A stretch of DNA of 62,550 nucleotides, counting the filler, from Collodictyon triciliatum (lineage: Eukaryota), in the NCBI GenBank assembly GCA_043381765.1. It is 17 parts of 17 records of this genome, joined end to end, with 100 filler letters (N's around TTAATTAATTAA, not from the genome) between each part and the next. Parts side by side here need not be neighbours in the genome. Positions count along the whole stretch, not along the records: positions 1 to 3,621 come from JBHJMP010007067.1; positions 3,722 to 7,343 come from JBHJMP010007068.1; positions 7,444 to 11,062 come from JBHJMP010007069.1; positions 11,163 to 14,780 come from JBHJMP010007070.1; 13 more parts are not named here. One strand, 5' to 3'. The number at the start of each line of letters is the position of its first letter. Positions within the stretch are counted from its first letter, which is position 1. The translations under genes and the position numbers were made by a program. The notes under the pieces are model-generated. The model worked only from the letters and a program-made list of their open reading frames with translations, ran no database searches and was not told where the DNA came from. This document shows, piece after piece, positions 1 to 12,593 of the stretch.

Positions 1-10
1 CCTAACCGCA

Positions 11-143
11 GGATGCAATTCCTGATTACCGACTACTTCTCCGCCACCCGGCCACCAAGTAGCGTCCATGCAAACGATGGCTAGCGAACCAAAGCCAGCA
101 TCTCTACCATCCTGTACAAAATTGAAAGGAAGAATAAAAAAAA
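11..143. repeat. Dispersed repeat, copy 1 (second copy at 5361-5495)
   Basis: ggatgcaattcctgattaccgactactt...aaaattgaaaggaagaataaaaa recurs with only scattered substitutions on the next contig. Confidence 0.85.
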
Positions 144-1289
144 TCCTTTTATTTTTGTTTTTGGACAATGAATAAATTATGTATCTGGCTACCAATCCAG
201 GCAAAGTTATATATTACAGATAGCCAAAATATACATTTACTCAAGCAAGAAATTAGTCGGTGCTGTGTGAAAGTTGCGTGGTAATTTTCTACAGAGTAAT
301 TGATTTGAGTGATTATGTTTACTCAGTAACTGGACAGCAGTGTCACACACATAAAAATTAAATAAGAATACAGAGAATTACCTGAATCATACAAACTTGT
401 TTTCCTCCATAATATTTTTTCCCTTTATTCGATTCAAAGTGTTCTTCCATAATCTTAACATATTTGGTGCATGCACAAGGTAACTCGCAAAAAAAAAAAA
501 AGAGGAAAAATTCATGGGTAATGAACCGGATATGAATGGTTTTTTTGAATAAATAAAGGGAACCTACTCCTCGAAAGAATAAATAATGTTTAAACCATGT
601 GGTTTGATAAAACGACCCTTCAAAAAGCTATCTCAAGGCCAGATATGTTCAAGTTCAAGTTAATATATTATTCAAGAGAATCTGAAGCGAATTTGTATAA
701 GCTTACCTCGAGCAGCGGCAAACCGATGAAGAAATAGTATATTAATGTCGTATAAATGCGAATGTTGGAGGATTTGATAAACAAAGACAAAAACATGCTT
801 AGATAGCCATTAACATAATTAATTAAATATTTGGCATTAGTCCTTTTATCAGCATAATCACATACATGTCTCGAGTTATTTCTGCCAACAGTGATTCCAG
901 CCGCACGAAGTTGCTTCAATTTCAGAAAATGCGCGATGCAATAAACTATATCTTTTTTAATATCCATCACCATTTTTCTTGGTTTTCTGGTTCCAAATAC
1001 AGAAAAAATAATATGGGAACATATCTATTGTGAGCCTCTGAGACAAACAAACATGAAAAATCCACAAAATATCCGCTCAAACGATTCTTAAACTTTTCAC
1101 TCAAAAATTGGAGAATGTTTGGGGTATTTTCAGGTTGCATTACTCTGCAGCAATTAGCGTTTCATCACATTCAACACCCGTGACTATTTTCATCCAAAAA
1201 AAAATAAGATAAAGGGCACGTCGGCCAACGCTGGATTCTGATCTGCTCGGAAAAAATGCTGATTCATCTTGGGTTAGATTTGATTCAGT

Positions 1290-2391
1290 TGAAATCCGTT
1301 GCATTCGTCTATATGTGGATATTATCATACTCAACATACCATACATATGCATTTGATATCATTACTTGTTCTATAGAAAACGAAAATGATATATTCTGAC
1401 AGCTTTACTTTTCCAGTTTGTTTTATCCAATAAACTAATTGCCTGCATCATATCTTTCAATTATCCTATGTTCATTTTAAATGGTTTATGTGTATAGTCA
1501 ACAAACACCAATTACATCTTGAATTGATTTTTTATTTACCATAACTTTATCTTAAAAAATGCATCAAATATACCTTGCTCTTGAACATGATTTTCATACT
1601 CCAAATAAACTTAAATCATCTTCAATTTGTTATTATATTTCACCTATTTTCATCGATTCAATAAATTAATTAAACGGCCAATATGCAGAAATTCGTGTAT
1701 TTTTTTCCTTCAACAGCCGCATTATCATTTTTGCTTCTTTTATATCAATCGTAATGAAACAGCTATTGACATAATTACTCGATGATATATCCATCATACT
1801 GAATCCTTTTTTCGATTTCGACCAAAAAAAATCGACGGAAACATTTGGTTCAGGATATATCAAAAAAATAATTTATCTACATATTATTGTATGATTCTTC
1901 ACTATTGAATATTCATCTCCATTTTATAAGCTGTTTTCATATATCTAATTATCATCTACAAATACCCATCCAATATCCATGTAAATAATACAAATGCCGG
2001 CAATATATTCATAATCTACACTTGTATACGACATACTTTGTAAAAATATCTGAAATACAGATATACAGGTTTATACCATATTCCTTTCACTTTATCATTG
2101 AATGAATATTTATATATTATTGATTGAAGCACAGCCCAAATACATATCTCCCATATCTATAACTATTAATTCATCCGATGATAACCCCTTGGAAATATAC
2201 GTTTTTATCTCGTTCCTGCCCATGTTTTTTGAATACGATATATCTAAACAATAAAGTAATACCAATCCATATTTCAAATTGTCTATGTATTTCATTGTAT
2301 GAAATATGTTACATTGATTTTTCCTCATGCTAGTACTATTATTCCGTTCAAGAAAATTGACGATTGGCGCATAAGAATACCTTTCAATCAT
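1290..2391 (-). pseudogene. Decayed long AT-rich ORF of unknown origin
   Basis: ORFs 2110-2391 and 1666-1863 are in the same frame, and the sequence between them reads as protein broken by TAA/TAG/TGA (MSYTSVDYEYIAGICIIYMDIGWVFVDDN*IYENSL*NGDEYSIVKNH). After a frameshift near 1590 it continues EYENHVQEQGIFDAFFKIKLW*... Confidence 0.4.
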
Positions 2392-3489
2392 CTACTAAAT
2401 CTGTGACTCGTACTGAACTTCACTTCCATAAAATAGAATAATGAAAATATCGGCCAACCGGTTCCATCATACTCCTATCATCTTTGGTTAAACCATTAGA
2501 TTGCAATAATTGTATAATAAAATCCCCGTTTCAATATAAAAGTGGTCAAGTGAATTAAAAATGATGACATTTATCGATATACTATGCGTAATATATAATT
2601 CATAATTATTAAAACATAAGCTACATGTAAATTACCATATATGTCCCCAGACAAGTATTCATATTTTCATTGTTGATATTATGCACTACATAGTTCACCC
2701 ACCTATCCTACTAACTATTCAAACCATGCCATATTAGCATTTATGAAAAATATGAAATTCATTCTTCACGATACCATGTATCTAACATCCAATCACCTTG
2801 TTCTTGAAACGAATAAAGGGAAAAAAAAAACAGCAGTCGATTACCCTGCAATATCTTTCATTTTTCTCCATGCAATTCTGTGGATGTCCTAACCAATGAC
2901 ACAAATGAAGGCAAACCAACTCCACTATCTCTTTCCTACCAGCCCTCCTCATCGCACAGAACAAGCTTCGTTGCAAATTCAGCGTGCTCTCTTTCAGCCT
3001 TCTTCGCTGTCCGTATAGACAAGAGTCTTTGTCCTTATAATAGCACCAACATGTATTCGCCATTGTATATTAATGCGCATGCGAGAAGTCCTCCAGCCGT
3101 ATCCAGTCATACTTGCGCGATATTATTATTCATATTGATAACTTGAAAACACGTAAGGTTTTTGGTGCAGGACTTCACCAATACACTAATATTTATCGTA
3201 ATCATAATATTGCTTATATCGCCGCATCGCTTTTTTCCCTTTGCCTTCACTTTTTCCATATATGGTCGCCACCGTTTGTCCCTATAAAAACACCCCGACT
3301 ACCTATACACACAGCACCCTTCTTTCCCGCTTACCCACCCAAAAAAAAAAAGAAAAAAGAATCTGTCCAAACTACCTACCTTGCTCAGGTACCATAACTT
3401 TGGCCCCATCTAATACCCACATAAGGCTCAAAGGCATTACCAAATGGAAAAGGCGCAGGCCGGTCATACCTTTTCTGGCGCCCCTAAAT

Positions 3490-3607
<118 letters not shown>

Positions 3608-3621
3608 CAGATAATTGCAAT

Positions 3622-3721
3622 NNNNNNNNNNNNNNNNNNNNNNNNNNNNNNNNNNNNNNNNNNNNTTAATTAATTAANNNNNNNNNNNNNNNNNNNNNNN
3701 NNNNNNNNNNNNNNNNNNNNN
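3622..3721. other. Artificial contig linker N-run/TTAATTAATTAA/N-run, first of 16 (12-mer cores start at 3666, 7388, 11107, 14825, 20231, 24062, 27779, 31494, 34328, 38175, 41887, 45597, 49306, 53015, 56724, 60431)
   Basis: Identical 12-mer with stops in all six frames, flanked by ~44 N each side. The contigs between linkers are mostly 3607-3621 bp in decreasing order. Confidence 0.98.
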
Positions 3722-3792
<71 letters not shown>

Positions 3793-3808
3793 AAGAAAAA
3801 AAAAAAAA

Positions 3809-3888
<80 letters not shown>

Positions 3889-5360
3889 AATAAAGAAAAG
3901 GGAGCTTTGGCCACCGGGCGAGGGGAGACAGCCTTCGGCATTGCAGCACACAGGCCCGCACCGCAGACGCGCTCTCCCCTCCCTGTGGCGCATGGCCGTG
4001 CAGGCAGCACGGTAGAGGCAGGCCGGGCAAGCCGGCAGAGGCCAACAGGCAGAGACAGGCAGGAAAGGCTGCTGTGCTCTTGAATCGGCCCTGCTGTGGT
4101 TGCCGCCCTCGCGCCGGGTTGCGGGGGTCTTGTCGTGGTTCATCCGCAATGACCCAGCCCGGCACAATTGCCTGCTCGCGCTTTGTGGTTAGAGCCCCAG
4201 GTTCATTGAGAATTCATTATCGAGCTTCGACATCTTTATTCCGCAACAAGAACCCCATTTCTCATTGCGGGGTGGTGGATGGCGCGGTAGAATGAATCAA
4301 ATGTGGAATACAAATGTGGCGACAATCAATAAATGATCTTTAAGTTAATCCAAAAGAGGAATTTCTTTTGCGTGGAACTATTGGTTTTGTGGTGACGCAT
4401 TGAGTGTGTGGTTTACGAAGCAGCCACTCATCCCGAAACAGCGTCATAACTATAATATAATATAAAACACCATGTTCATACAAAAATGACGAAAATAATC
4501 TATCAATAGACATTAATATGTAAATTTAAAAAATATATTTATATTCCACATATGTAATTTATTCATTTGGATGTTGAAGGCATTCACCTCGTTATCACCA
4601 GGCACCCAGGTTATATAGATGATGGCATCCCAACAAGCGCCCCCGTCTTCACTGATTTTTTTCGGCTTGATTCGATTCAAAGTGTAGTAATCCCGTCTTC
4701 ATTGGTAAAACGCAAAGTCGAAGGCACACTGCCTCTTGTGTGGCCTTCACTTTTCATAATCTCCCCTGTCACCCTCTGTATTCTATTTAGGTGTGAGTGG
4801 CCTTATTTACCAAAGCAACTCTTGCTCACCCCTTGTGGCCTCTGCTGTGTCTGCATTTCAAAACAGCCTCGAACTTCTTTTTTTTCCTTTATTTTTTGCA
4901 TCGTTCATTGTTCGATATGCGCTCACATAATCGATTCAGCGACAGCGATCCGTCAACCTGATGCCCTCTGAGACAATTTATGATATCAAAATCTATCAAA
5001 CTTTCTTCTCTGCCCCAATATCAAGTCTAATAAACCCTACCCCTCCACCCTCGAAGTCCACCGAAATACCCAAACTCTTCTATACCTCTACTCGCCGATG
5101 AAATTTATTTCTCATTGCGTAATACTATCTGCTCCACAAGAATATAAGCTTTTTCTTTGTAAGCTATCTATTTCAAGATTGTTCATCTACTCAACCCCCT
5201 GATACTGTTTCTTACCGCTCTCGTGGACATCCATTAAATCACACCATTTATTACTCAGACTCTGTGAGAAGAGACATATGGAAGGAAGCCGAGAAGGATA
5301 TTAATCCTCGTCATGTCTCCCTCATGCAAGCACAAGACTCAGGATACAGGCCAAAGCGCG

Positions 5361-5495
5361 GGATGCAATTCCTGATTACCGACTACTTATCCGCCACTCG
5401 ACCACCAAGTAGCGTCCATGCAAACAATGGCTAGCGAACCAAAGCCAATATCTCCATCACCTTGCACAAAATTGAAAGGAAGAATAAAAAAAAAA
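5361..5495. repeat. Dispersed repeat, copy 2 (see 11-143)
   Basis: Near-identical to 11-143. Confidence 0.85.
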
Positions 5496-5899
5496 ATCAC
5501 ATTTCAAATGACTCGCTTATAATTGGCCTTTGTTCAACTATAACCCTCCATTTCCACGCAAAACCCGATATCCACTGGGCTTTCGTTCCTGATTTTTCCT
5601 CTTTTCTTTTCTGCATTGGCGAATGTATGCCACGCTCGACTAGGATAATAAAAGTCGACGAAACCATGACTGTTTTGTTTATTGAAGCTAAAAAGAATTC
5701 TAATAAGCCGGGGAATCACTCTGTACAACAGTCATTCGAAGTGTGCCAAAATCGAACCAGAAAGAACCAAAGTATAGAACTAGACATGCAACAGACAAAT
5801 GTTGCATCACAGCCCGGAAAGAGTGCACCATGACATCCTTAGAATAATCGTACCTAATGCAATTGTGTTCATATCAGTGTACATATGAGTGTGCATTGG

Positions 5900-6860
5900 A
5901 ACTCTTACCTGCCGCTAATTGGATGCATGAAGATTTAATTCACCAAAAAAAGACCGGAAACCAATCATGAAACAAAGAGAAAGAAGATCTCGTACCAGTT
6001 CGACACCATTGACATCCCAACGGGCAGGTAAAGAATGACAAAGAAGAGAAGCATGTAACAGATTGCAAGCTTCACTTTATAGCTGCGTTGCAACTCAGGG
6101 TGGTCGGGTCTCCTATTTGCCAGAATCTAACAGGGAAAAAAATCCTTAAAAAAAGGATATCGGCAGTTTGTGTGTGTATACCGTGAATAAAAGTTATCTT
6201 GAAAATCCCAATAATCTTTACTTTATAAATCGAAGTATTCGTAAAGACGTATGCAACCATGAAAGGGAAGAACCCAAGAACGAAAAGCATATGAAGCCCT
6301 GGGGATCTAATACCGATCATATTCTTAGAGGCGAATTCAAATGTCTAACGATATGGTTTGATAGAAAAGAATCCATGCAGAGACTAACCTTGCTGTATCA
6401 AAACACGCTAGCAAGCCTAAAAAGGGGGATGCTATTAACCCTAGAATTAAAGCAGCGCGATTTCGTTTGTACCCTCTCCAGTCAGCTTCATCCTATAATT
6501 GTTTGGCTTAGGTCTCCAATAAAAGGACTTCCGTTTCTTTTTCTTTATATCCACTAGAACCTGCCTATCCTAATCAAAGAATATATTTAGATAGGGTATT
6601 AACCTGGTTTAATCTTTTTCCAGAGGCCTCGATATCACGTTTAACCTAGATTTTATGTTGATTTGCATTAGACCCATCCTACGCTCATGCGGAAGACTTC
6701 GGACAAAAAACCTTGGTAATGTGTAATATATTTTTTATCACCTTGCCATAGTTTAACGTTATCAGAGCAATCAGCCAAACAGAAGTCAGAGTCATCCCGA
6801 GTGACCATATAGCGCTTTCTGGAGACTGCTTTGCCACATCCGAGAGGTATGGCCAGTAAA
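5900..6860 (+). mobile_element. Possible decayed DIRS/Ngaro-type retrotransposon (RNase H and methyltransferase-like region)
   Basis: KPWGSNTDHILRGEFKCL...LTLLYQNTLASLKRG...LHPIIVWLRS resembles DIRS RNase H motifs (W..HINxLE, DNQ..LNKG, WIPR). Downstream DPSYAHAEDFGQ and PE*PYSAFWRLL resemble the DIRS MT region (DAFxQxW, PxWP..WW..L). Heavily frameshifted. Confidence 0.35.
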
Positions 6861-8189
6861 GCCCTCCAATATCATGGTCATATATTCTTGTTTGTATTTT
6901 GTTTTTGTTTTTTGTTTTTGTTTTTTGTTTTTTTTTAGTGAAGATTCTTAACAGGTGAACATTGGTCGATTAGCTCAGCATAGGAATTCTGGTATTATTA
7001 AAACTCAAACGCCAAGCAAGGGAGGGTCAAGAGCATGGCATAGATAGAAATAAAGATCACAGTAGAAGGAGAAGCCGAATGCAAAGAAACCTATTCAAGT
7101 AGATGGCGATGGACAAGGTAACAAAGAAGGTTACGATGCCTGCAGCTGAAAAGAACCGGCTTGGAAAGGAGAAGGTGACGGAGCCAACTTCAGCCATCTT
7201 GGCCAGCTCCTTTTGCTGGGTTTTGAGACTGGGTGGCTCCTTGCGGGAGTCGCTCCCTTTTGGATTCGTCTTTGTCTGAGAGTAAGGATCGTGAATATGT
7301 GCCTCCAAAACTAATTAGCAATTATTAGCATGATTTCCATAGANNNNNNNNNNNNNNNNNNNNNNNNNNNNNNNNNNNNNNNNNNNNTTAATTAATTAAN
7401 NNNNNNNNNNNNNNNNNNNNNNNNNNNNNNNNNNNNNNNNNNNTTCCTTTCCTTTCCTTTCCTTTCCTTTCCTTTCCTTTCCTTTCCTTTCCTTTCCTTT
7501 CCTTTCCTTTCCTTTCCTTTCCTTTCCTTTCCTTTCCCTTCCCTTCCCTTCCCTTCCCTTCCCTTTATATATATATATATATATATATCATTCATAAGCA
7601 GAAAGATTAATAATATTTTTTTATATTAGTTACTCGAAATGTAATGTCTTAATTTTAAACTGAGATATAAGCGACTTTCTTATGTAGTTTTCTACAAAAC
7701 CACAGAGAGCATCCACACCTGAGTCAAAATATGACAGAAAAGTTTACATTTAATATATACAGAAAATGAATAAATTCATGATGCACACTGCATCCGACTT
7801 AATATCGTATACTTTGATTATTATTTTTTGAAATCAAAATAGACTGCACTTTCTTCAAGTAATCGAAGACTGTCCGGAGAATTCACACCTTCACGAGAAA
7901 GTATACTCAGCCTCTTTTGTTAAATTTTTTTACAAGAGTTATGACACTTTTTCTACATCTTAGTCTATGTATAACTAACTGCTACAGCCTCCCTTCTAGC
8001 AAAAATAGATCATCTGGATAGAGCTGTGTACTCCGGAAATAAATCTTCTGATTCTGTATAGTTTTAATCCCCTAATATCACCAATATGCGATAAAATGAA
8101 CGAATATATAACAGTACACTTTATATAATCCCCTTTATTTGAATGAGATTATTTAAACCGATATTAGCGAACAATGACATTATATTCTA

Positions 8190-10000
8190 CATTCCTCTTC
8201 CTCGTTGTGGTAGTTTCAGCCGCTCGACCAAATGCTGGACGAGATAGCTGCAGATTTCTCTGACCAACCAACCAATAGTCCACATTCCCGTATCAGCCAT
8301 GACTCCAGCCTCCAAAGCGCTCTTCGTTCTGATTTAAATGGGGTATGAACATACGTAGCCTCACCACTTAACGACTTTGATGGTTGCCAAACAACATTCA
8401 TTTCTATTTCACAGCAAACAAATGACGTTGTCCTTTTTTTTTTTCTTTCACTTTAATTCTATTTTTCTTGTGTTCATGCATGTTTGTGTAGAAATCCAGG
8501 AGTGAGAAACATGTTCGAATGCACGAAAGTGTGTTACGTTCATCTCTTCCTCGTGCTGATAATTTGGAATAGCCAGGAAATACCATTTCAGCTGTTTTGT
8601 CATTCTTTCCCTTATTTATCTCTGACTAGCCTAGTTTTTTCTTCCAATTCTTTCTTTTTTTTAAAAATTTTTTTTTATTCTCTCTGTAATTCAACCATTC
8701 AGCTCATAAAATTAATTATACACATTCTCAGAACGTGTCAATATTTGTGCAAAAAAAAAAAAAAGAACACTTTTTCTATTTAAATCGATTTTTATGGATG
8801 TGTTACTATATTTTTACACGACGCTAGAGGATATTTCCAGACATTCTAGGTAAGAGAGAATTGACAGTTTTGTGTCACCGCTGCACAATCACCCATTTCG
8901 CATAAGACTGTGAACGCAGACAGCAAATCGTGGCATCTATCTGCTGGAAAATAGCGAAGCATCAAAACACGGTCACCAAAGAATTTGAGTGACTCAACAA
9001 ATGCCTTTATAAGCTGTACGTCTGCTTTGTCTGTCCACTGTATTCCAATGAGAAAAAGAATTAATGATTTATATTGTACCATGTCTGTATGAGCGTGTAT
9101 TGGTACAGTGGAAAGTGCTCTTAAGTTTGATGAGAAATTTATTGAATCTACCTTATATCCCGATACAAGCAAAGGGTGAATCAGACAGCTGAAAAATATC
9201 GCCGGAGGTGTCTCTGTATTTATCCATCGCACAATGGTATCCTATATGGAAAAAGCGTGATGATTTATAGTATATCTAACTTTATGTAAATTGAAACATC
9301 TGTTGCAAAATGAGTCCTAGCTCACAGAGGATTAAAATGCATCACGTCAAGAATTATAAGAGAGCACCTCTTGTAATTACAAATGTTACATTTTTTTTTT
9401 CGCAATATAATGAGTGACAATAAAGCATACTGTGAAATTTTCTTTGGAGCTGATATCCTGTAAGGAGGCCAACAAGAGGGAGCATGATTTTCGAAAGCTT
9501 TGGATTTCACAACGGCGAAAGCTCTCATCAACATCTTCTTCGTCATCCTAATGCACAAAAAACAGGCACACAATATATAATTTCGATATTACACAGAGAG
9601 CATATTGCCATGAATCCACTGTATTTGAGTTTGTGGAAAAGAAAACCTACATTTTGGAATGCTTCAGCCAGTGATAGTCTTTTGTAGCCATTTATCATAT
9701 TCTTGATGAATCCAACAACCACAAAGTGGTTGTAAATTGTCATAAACTTCATCTGCTGCGCAGCACACCTGGGTCGTACAAAAGGGTGCGTACTTTAGGT
9801 TATGGCGACGCGACACACAGCGAGAAAACCGCCTTCACAAACATCTCGTTAAGATACTTGACATATCATTCGAAATCACAGAACGCGCGCGAAACCTTGC
9901 GATGATTGAAGCTGCGGTGACAACGCCCATGTAAGAACTTCTTCGGGAGTAGTTTCTCCAACTTGGAATCTCTGTCGGTGCAGTTCTCTTCAGAAAAGCT
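8190..10000 (-). CDS. Internal exons of a multi-exon gene of unknown function
   Basis: GT-AG exons join in phase: ...YMGVVTAASIIAR|CAAQQMKFMTIYNHF...LAEAFQN|DDEEDVDESFRRCEIQSF...SKENFT|DTIVRWINTETPPAIFFSCLIHPLL. Further exon-like blocks lie near 8870-9050 and 8190-8330. Ends not defined. Confidence 0.45.
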
Positions 10001-10700
10001 GCAGAAAGGCGAGGTTTAAGGACATAGAAAGATCAGCTCGGAACCTAATGAAGTAAACGCATAATGTCTCATATAGTGTTTATGACTTGCCGTCCATCTC
10101 CTCAATAGTTGGAGATAAAGCCCGGTTATTTCTTGAATCCATGACATGAACATCTATCAACCTCTGGTAAAAAAAAAATTACACAAAGCGAGATAATTTT
10201 ACTTCTATGTTTTATATAAAGTTACTAGTGACATTAGTTTTTATAATGAATCATAGCCACTAAATGGCATACACTCAGCTACCTGGCCTGCTGCGCGTGT
10301 TACTACGATTGATATCCAATGAGACGTGAGGCCCACCACAAAGCCATGTTGGTAACCCATATCCTTCGATTAATTGGCGCAGACATTAGTTTACTAATGA
10401 TTTCTCGGTGTTTTTATAAATACATGGAAGCTAAGGATAAAGGAGCAATTCAGAGACAATTAAGCAAGATATAGACTAATTGAACACCGACCTCATTTTG
10501 TGACGACTCGCAAAAATGAAAGCGGTCAAAAATATCTTGCAAGGGGTTTACTGTTCCACTGTACAAAGCACCGTTCATTATATCTATTATCCCGAGCGAC
10601 GGAAGAACACTGATATTACCCTTCCACTTTCTCAGAGTCTATGGTTCAATAATGCATGAATTCTATGTTTGATTCTAAATATTGCATCCAATACGAACAC

Positions 10701-10796
<96 letters not shown>
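10701..10796. repeat. (AAT)n microsatellite
   Basis: Perfect run. Confidence 0.95.
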
Positions 10797-10798
<2 letters not shown>

Positions 10799-11808
10799 GT
10801 TTGTTAATGAGCTATTTGAGTCCTGGCTTTAATGATAAATCAATAAAGATTAAAGTATAGTTATTGACCGGACATTCCATTATTTTTCAAACAGTAGAAT
10901 GTAATATTACTGGATTTTTCCCTTCGTTCATGAGAAACCTTGCATATTCTCGTTCTAAAAGTCCAGACATAATATCCTTATTTCTCCAGGGATAATGAGA
11001 ACCGCCCTGGTACATCAAAAGTAGTCAATACATTAGTTAGCTCTCTCCCCAATTTTTATTTTNNNNNNNNNNNNNNNNNNNNNNNNNNNNNNNNNNNNNN
11101 NNNNNNTTAATTAATTAANNNNNNNNNNNNNNNNNNNNNNNNNNNNNNNNNNNNNNNNNNNNAGAGAAAAGAAAAGAGAAAAGAAAAGAGAAAAGAAAAG
11201 AGAAAAGAAAAGAGAAAAGAAAAGAGAAAAGAAAAGAGAAAAGAAAAGAGAAAAGAAAAGAAAAGAGAAAAGAAAAGAGAAAAGAAAAGAGAAAAGAAAA
11301 GAGAAAAGAAAAGAGAAAAGAAAAAGAGAAAACAGAGATGAGTATTAACAGCTACAGGTTTCGCTCGAGGCTTGGGCGAGTAGGACGATGTCTGGTTGGC
11401 AGAGCTGCCCGTGCACACAGGGCATCGAGTCTTCAGATGTTGCGTATGAAGTAAAGGCTTTTGGCTGCATTTCATTAGAATACTCAGTAGTCTTTCTAAA
11501 GATGGCTTTCTTTTCCAAACGTCAAATGATTGAGCATGAAGAATGTGGGGCGTTTCGTGCAGATGCAGTAATGAAGGAGTATCAAAAGCAGGTGGTATGT
11601 ACCTCATAATGCGCTGTGGAGACTGAGGATTGGTTGTTGACGGGAAACCTGCTTGTCCTGTTCTCTTTAGAGCTTCTTTTGCCTTGTGAACTGAGCGAAG
11701 CCAACAAGAGAAAGTGCCGCGCGTGTGGCTGTGTTTCTTCTACGCCTCAGTCGATCGAGCGGAAAACAAAATTGATCGTTGGGCTGCATATCTGTGCATA
11801 ATGCCAGA

Positions 11809-12190
11809 AATCCCTCAATCCCTCAATCCCTCAATCCCTCAATCCCTCAATCCCTCAATCCATCAATCCATCAATCCATCAATCCATCAATCCATCAATC
11901 CATCAATCCATCAATCCATCAATCCATCAATCCATCAATCCATCAATCCATCAATCCATCAATCCACCAATCCATCGATCCATCAATCAACAAAACAAAA
12001 AAAATCAACAAAAAAATAATCAACAAAAAAAATAACCAACAAAAAAATAACCAACAAAAAAATAATCAACAAAAAATAATCAACAAAAAAATAATCAACA
12101 AAAAAATAACCAACAAAAAAATAACCAACAAAAAAATAATCAACAAAAAAATAATCAACAAAAAAATAACCAACAAAAAAAATCAACAAA
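11809..12190. repeat. Compound minisatellite (TCAATCCC)n/(TCAATCCA)n followed by (AAAAAAATAATCAAC)-like units
   Basis: Visible tandem arrays with periods of 8 and about 15. Confidence 0.9.
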
Positions 12191-12593
12191 GTATAATCAA
12201 ATAAAATCTGACAAACACAAAGAATAGTCAAGAATACATAATGAAGAATGTAGTGAATCATTCTTCGCTCCACAATGCGAAGTATATAATACACTCAAAA
12301 GCTCGATGTCAGAAATCTGCGCGCTAGAGTTCCAATCCCTATCCTCAAAAACAGGCACAATGAGGTCGTTTTCAGATATGTCGCATGAAGGTTTTATTCT
12401 GGCTTGATGCCGAGGGATTTCGAGATGGACAGAAGGAAAGAGTGAAAGCATTAGCACCATCGGGAGGAATAGAAGAGAGTATCATACTCGGAGTGTTATG
12501 AATGAATCATTACCATTCACATTCTAGCTACGACAGAAGGTTGTCTTTCTATTGATGGAAAGTGTCATGGTACAACAGCTTGCAAAGAAAGTC

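Noticed and set aside
11809-11990. (TCAATCCC)n as a telomeric repeat
   Set aside because: Internal to the contig, only a few units, and it grades into (TCAATCCA)n like the many other microsatellites.
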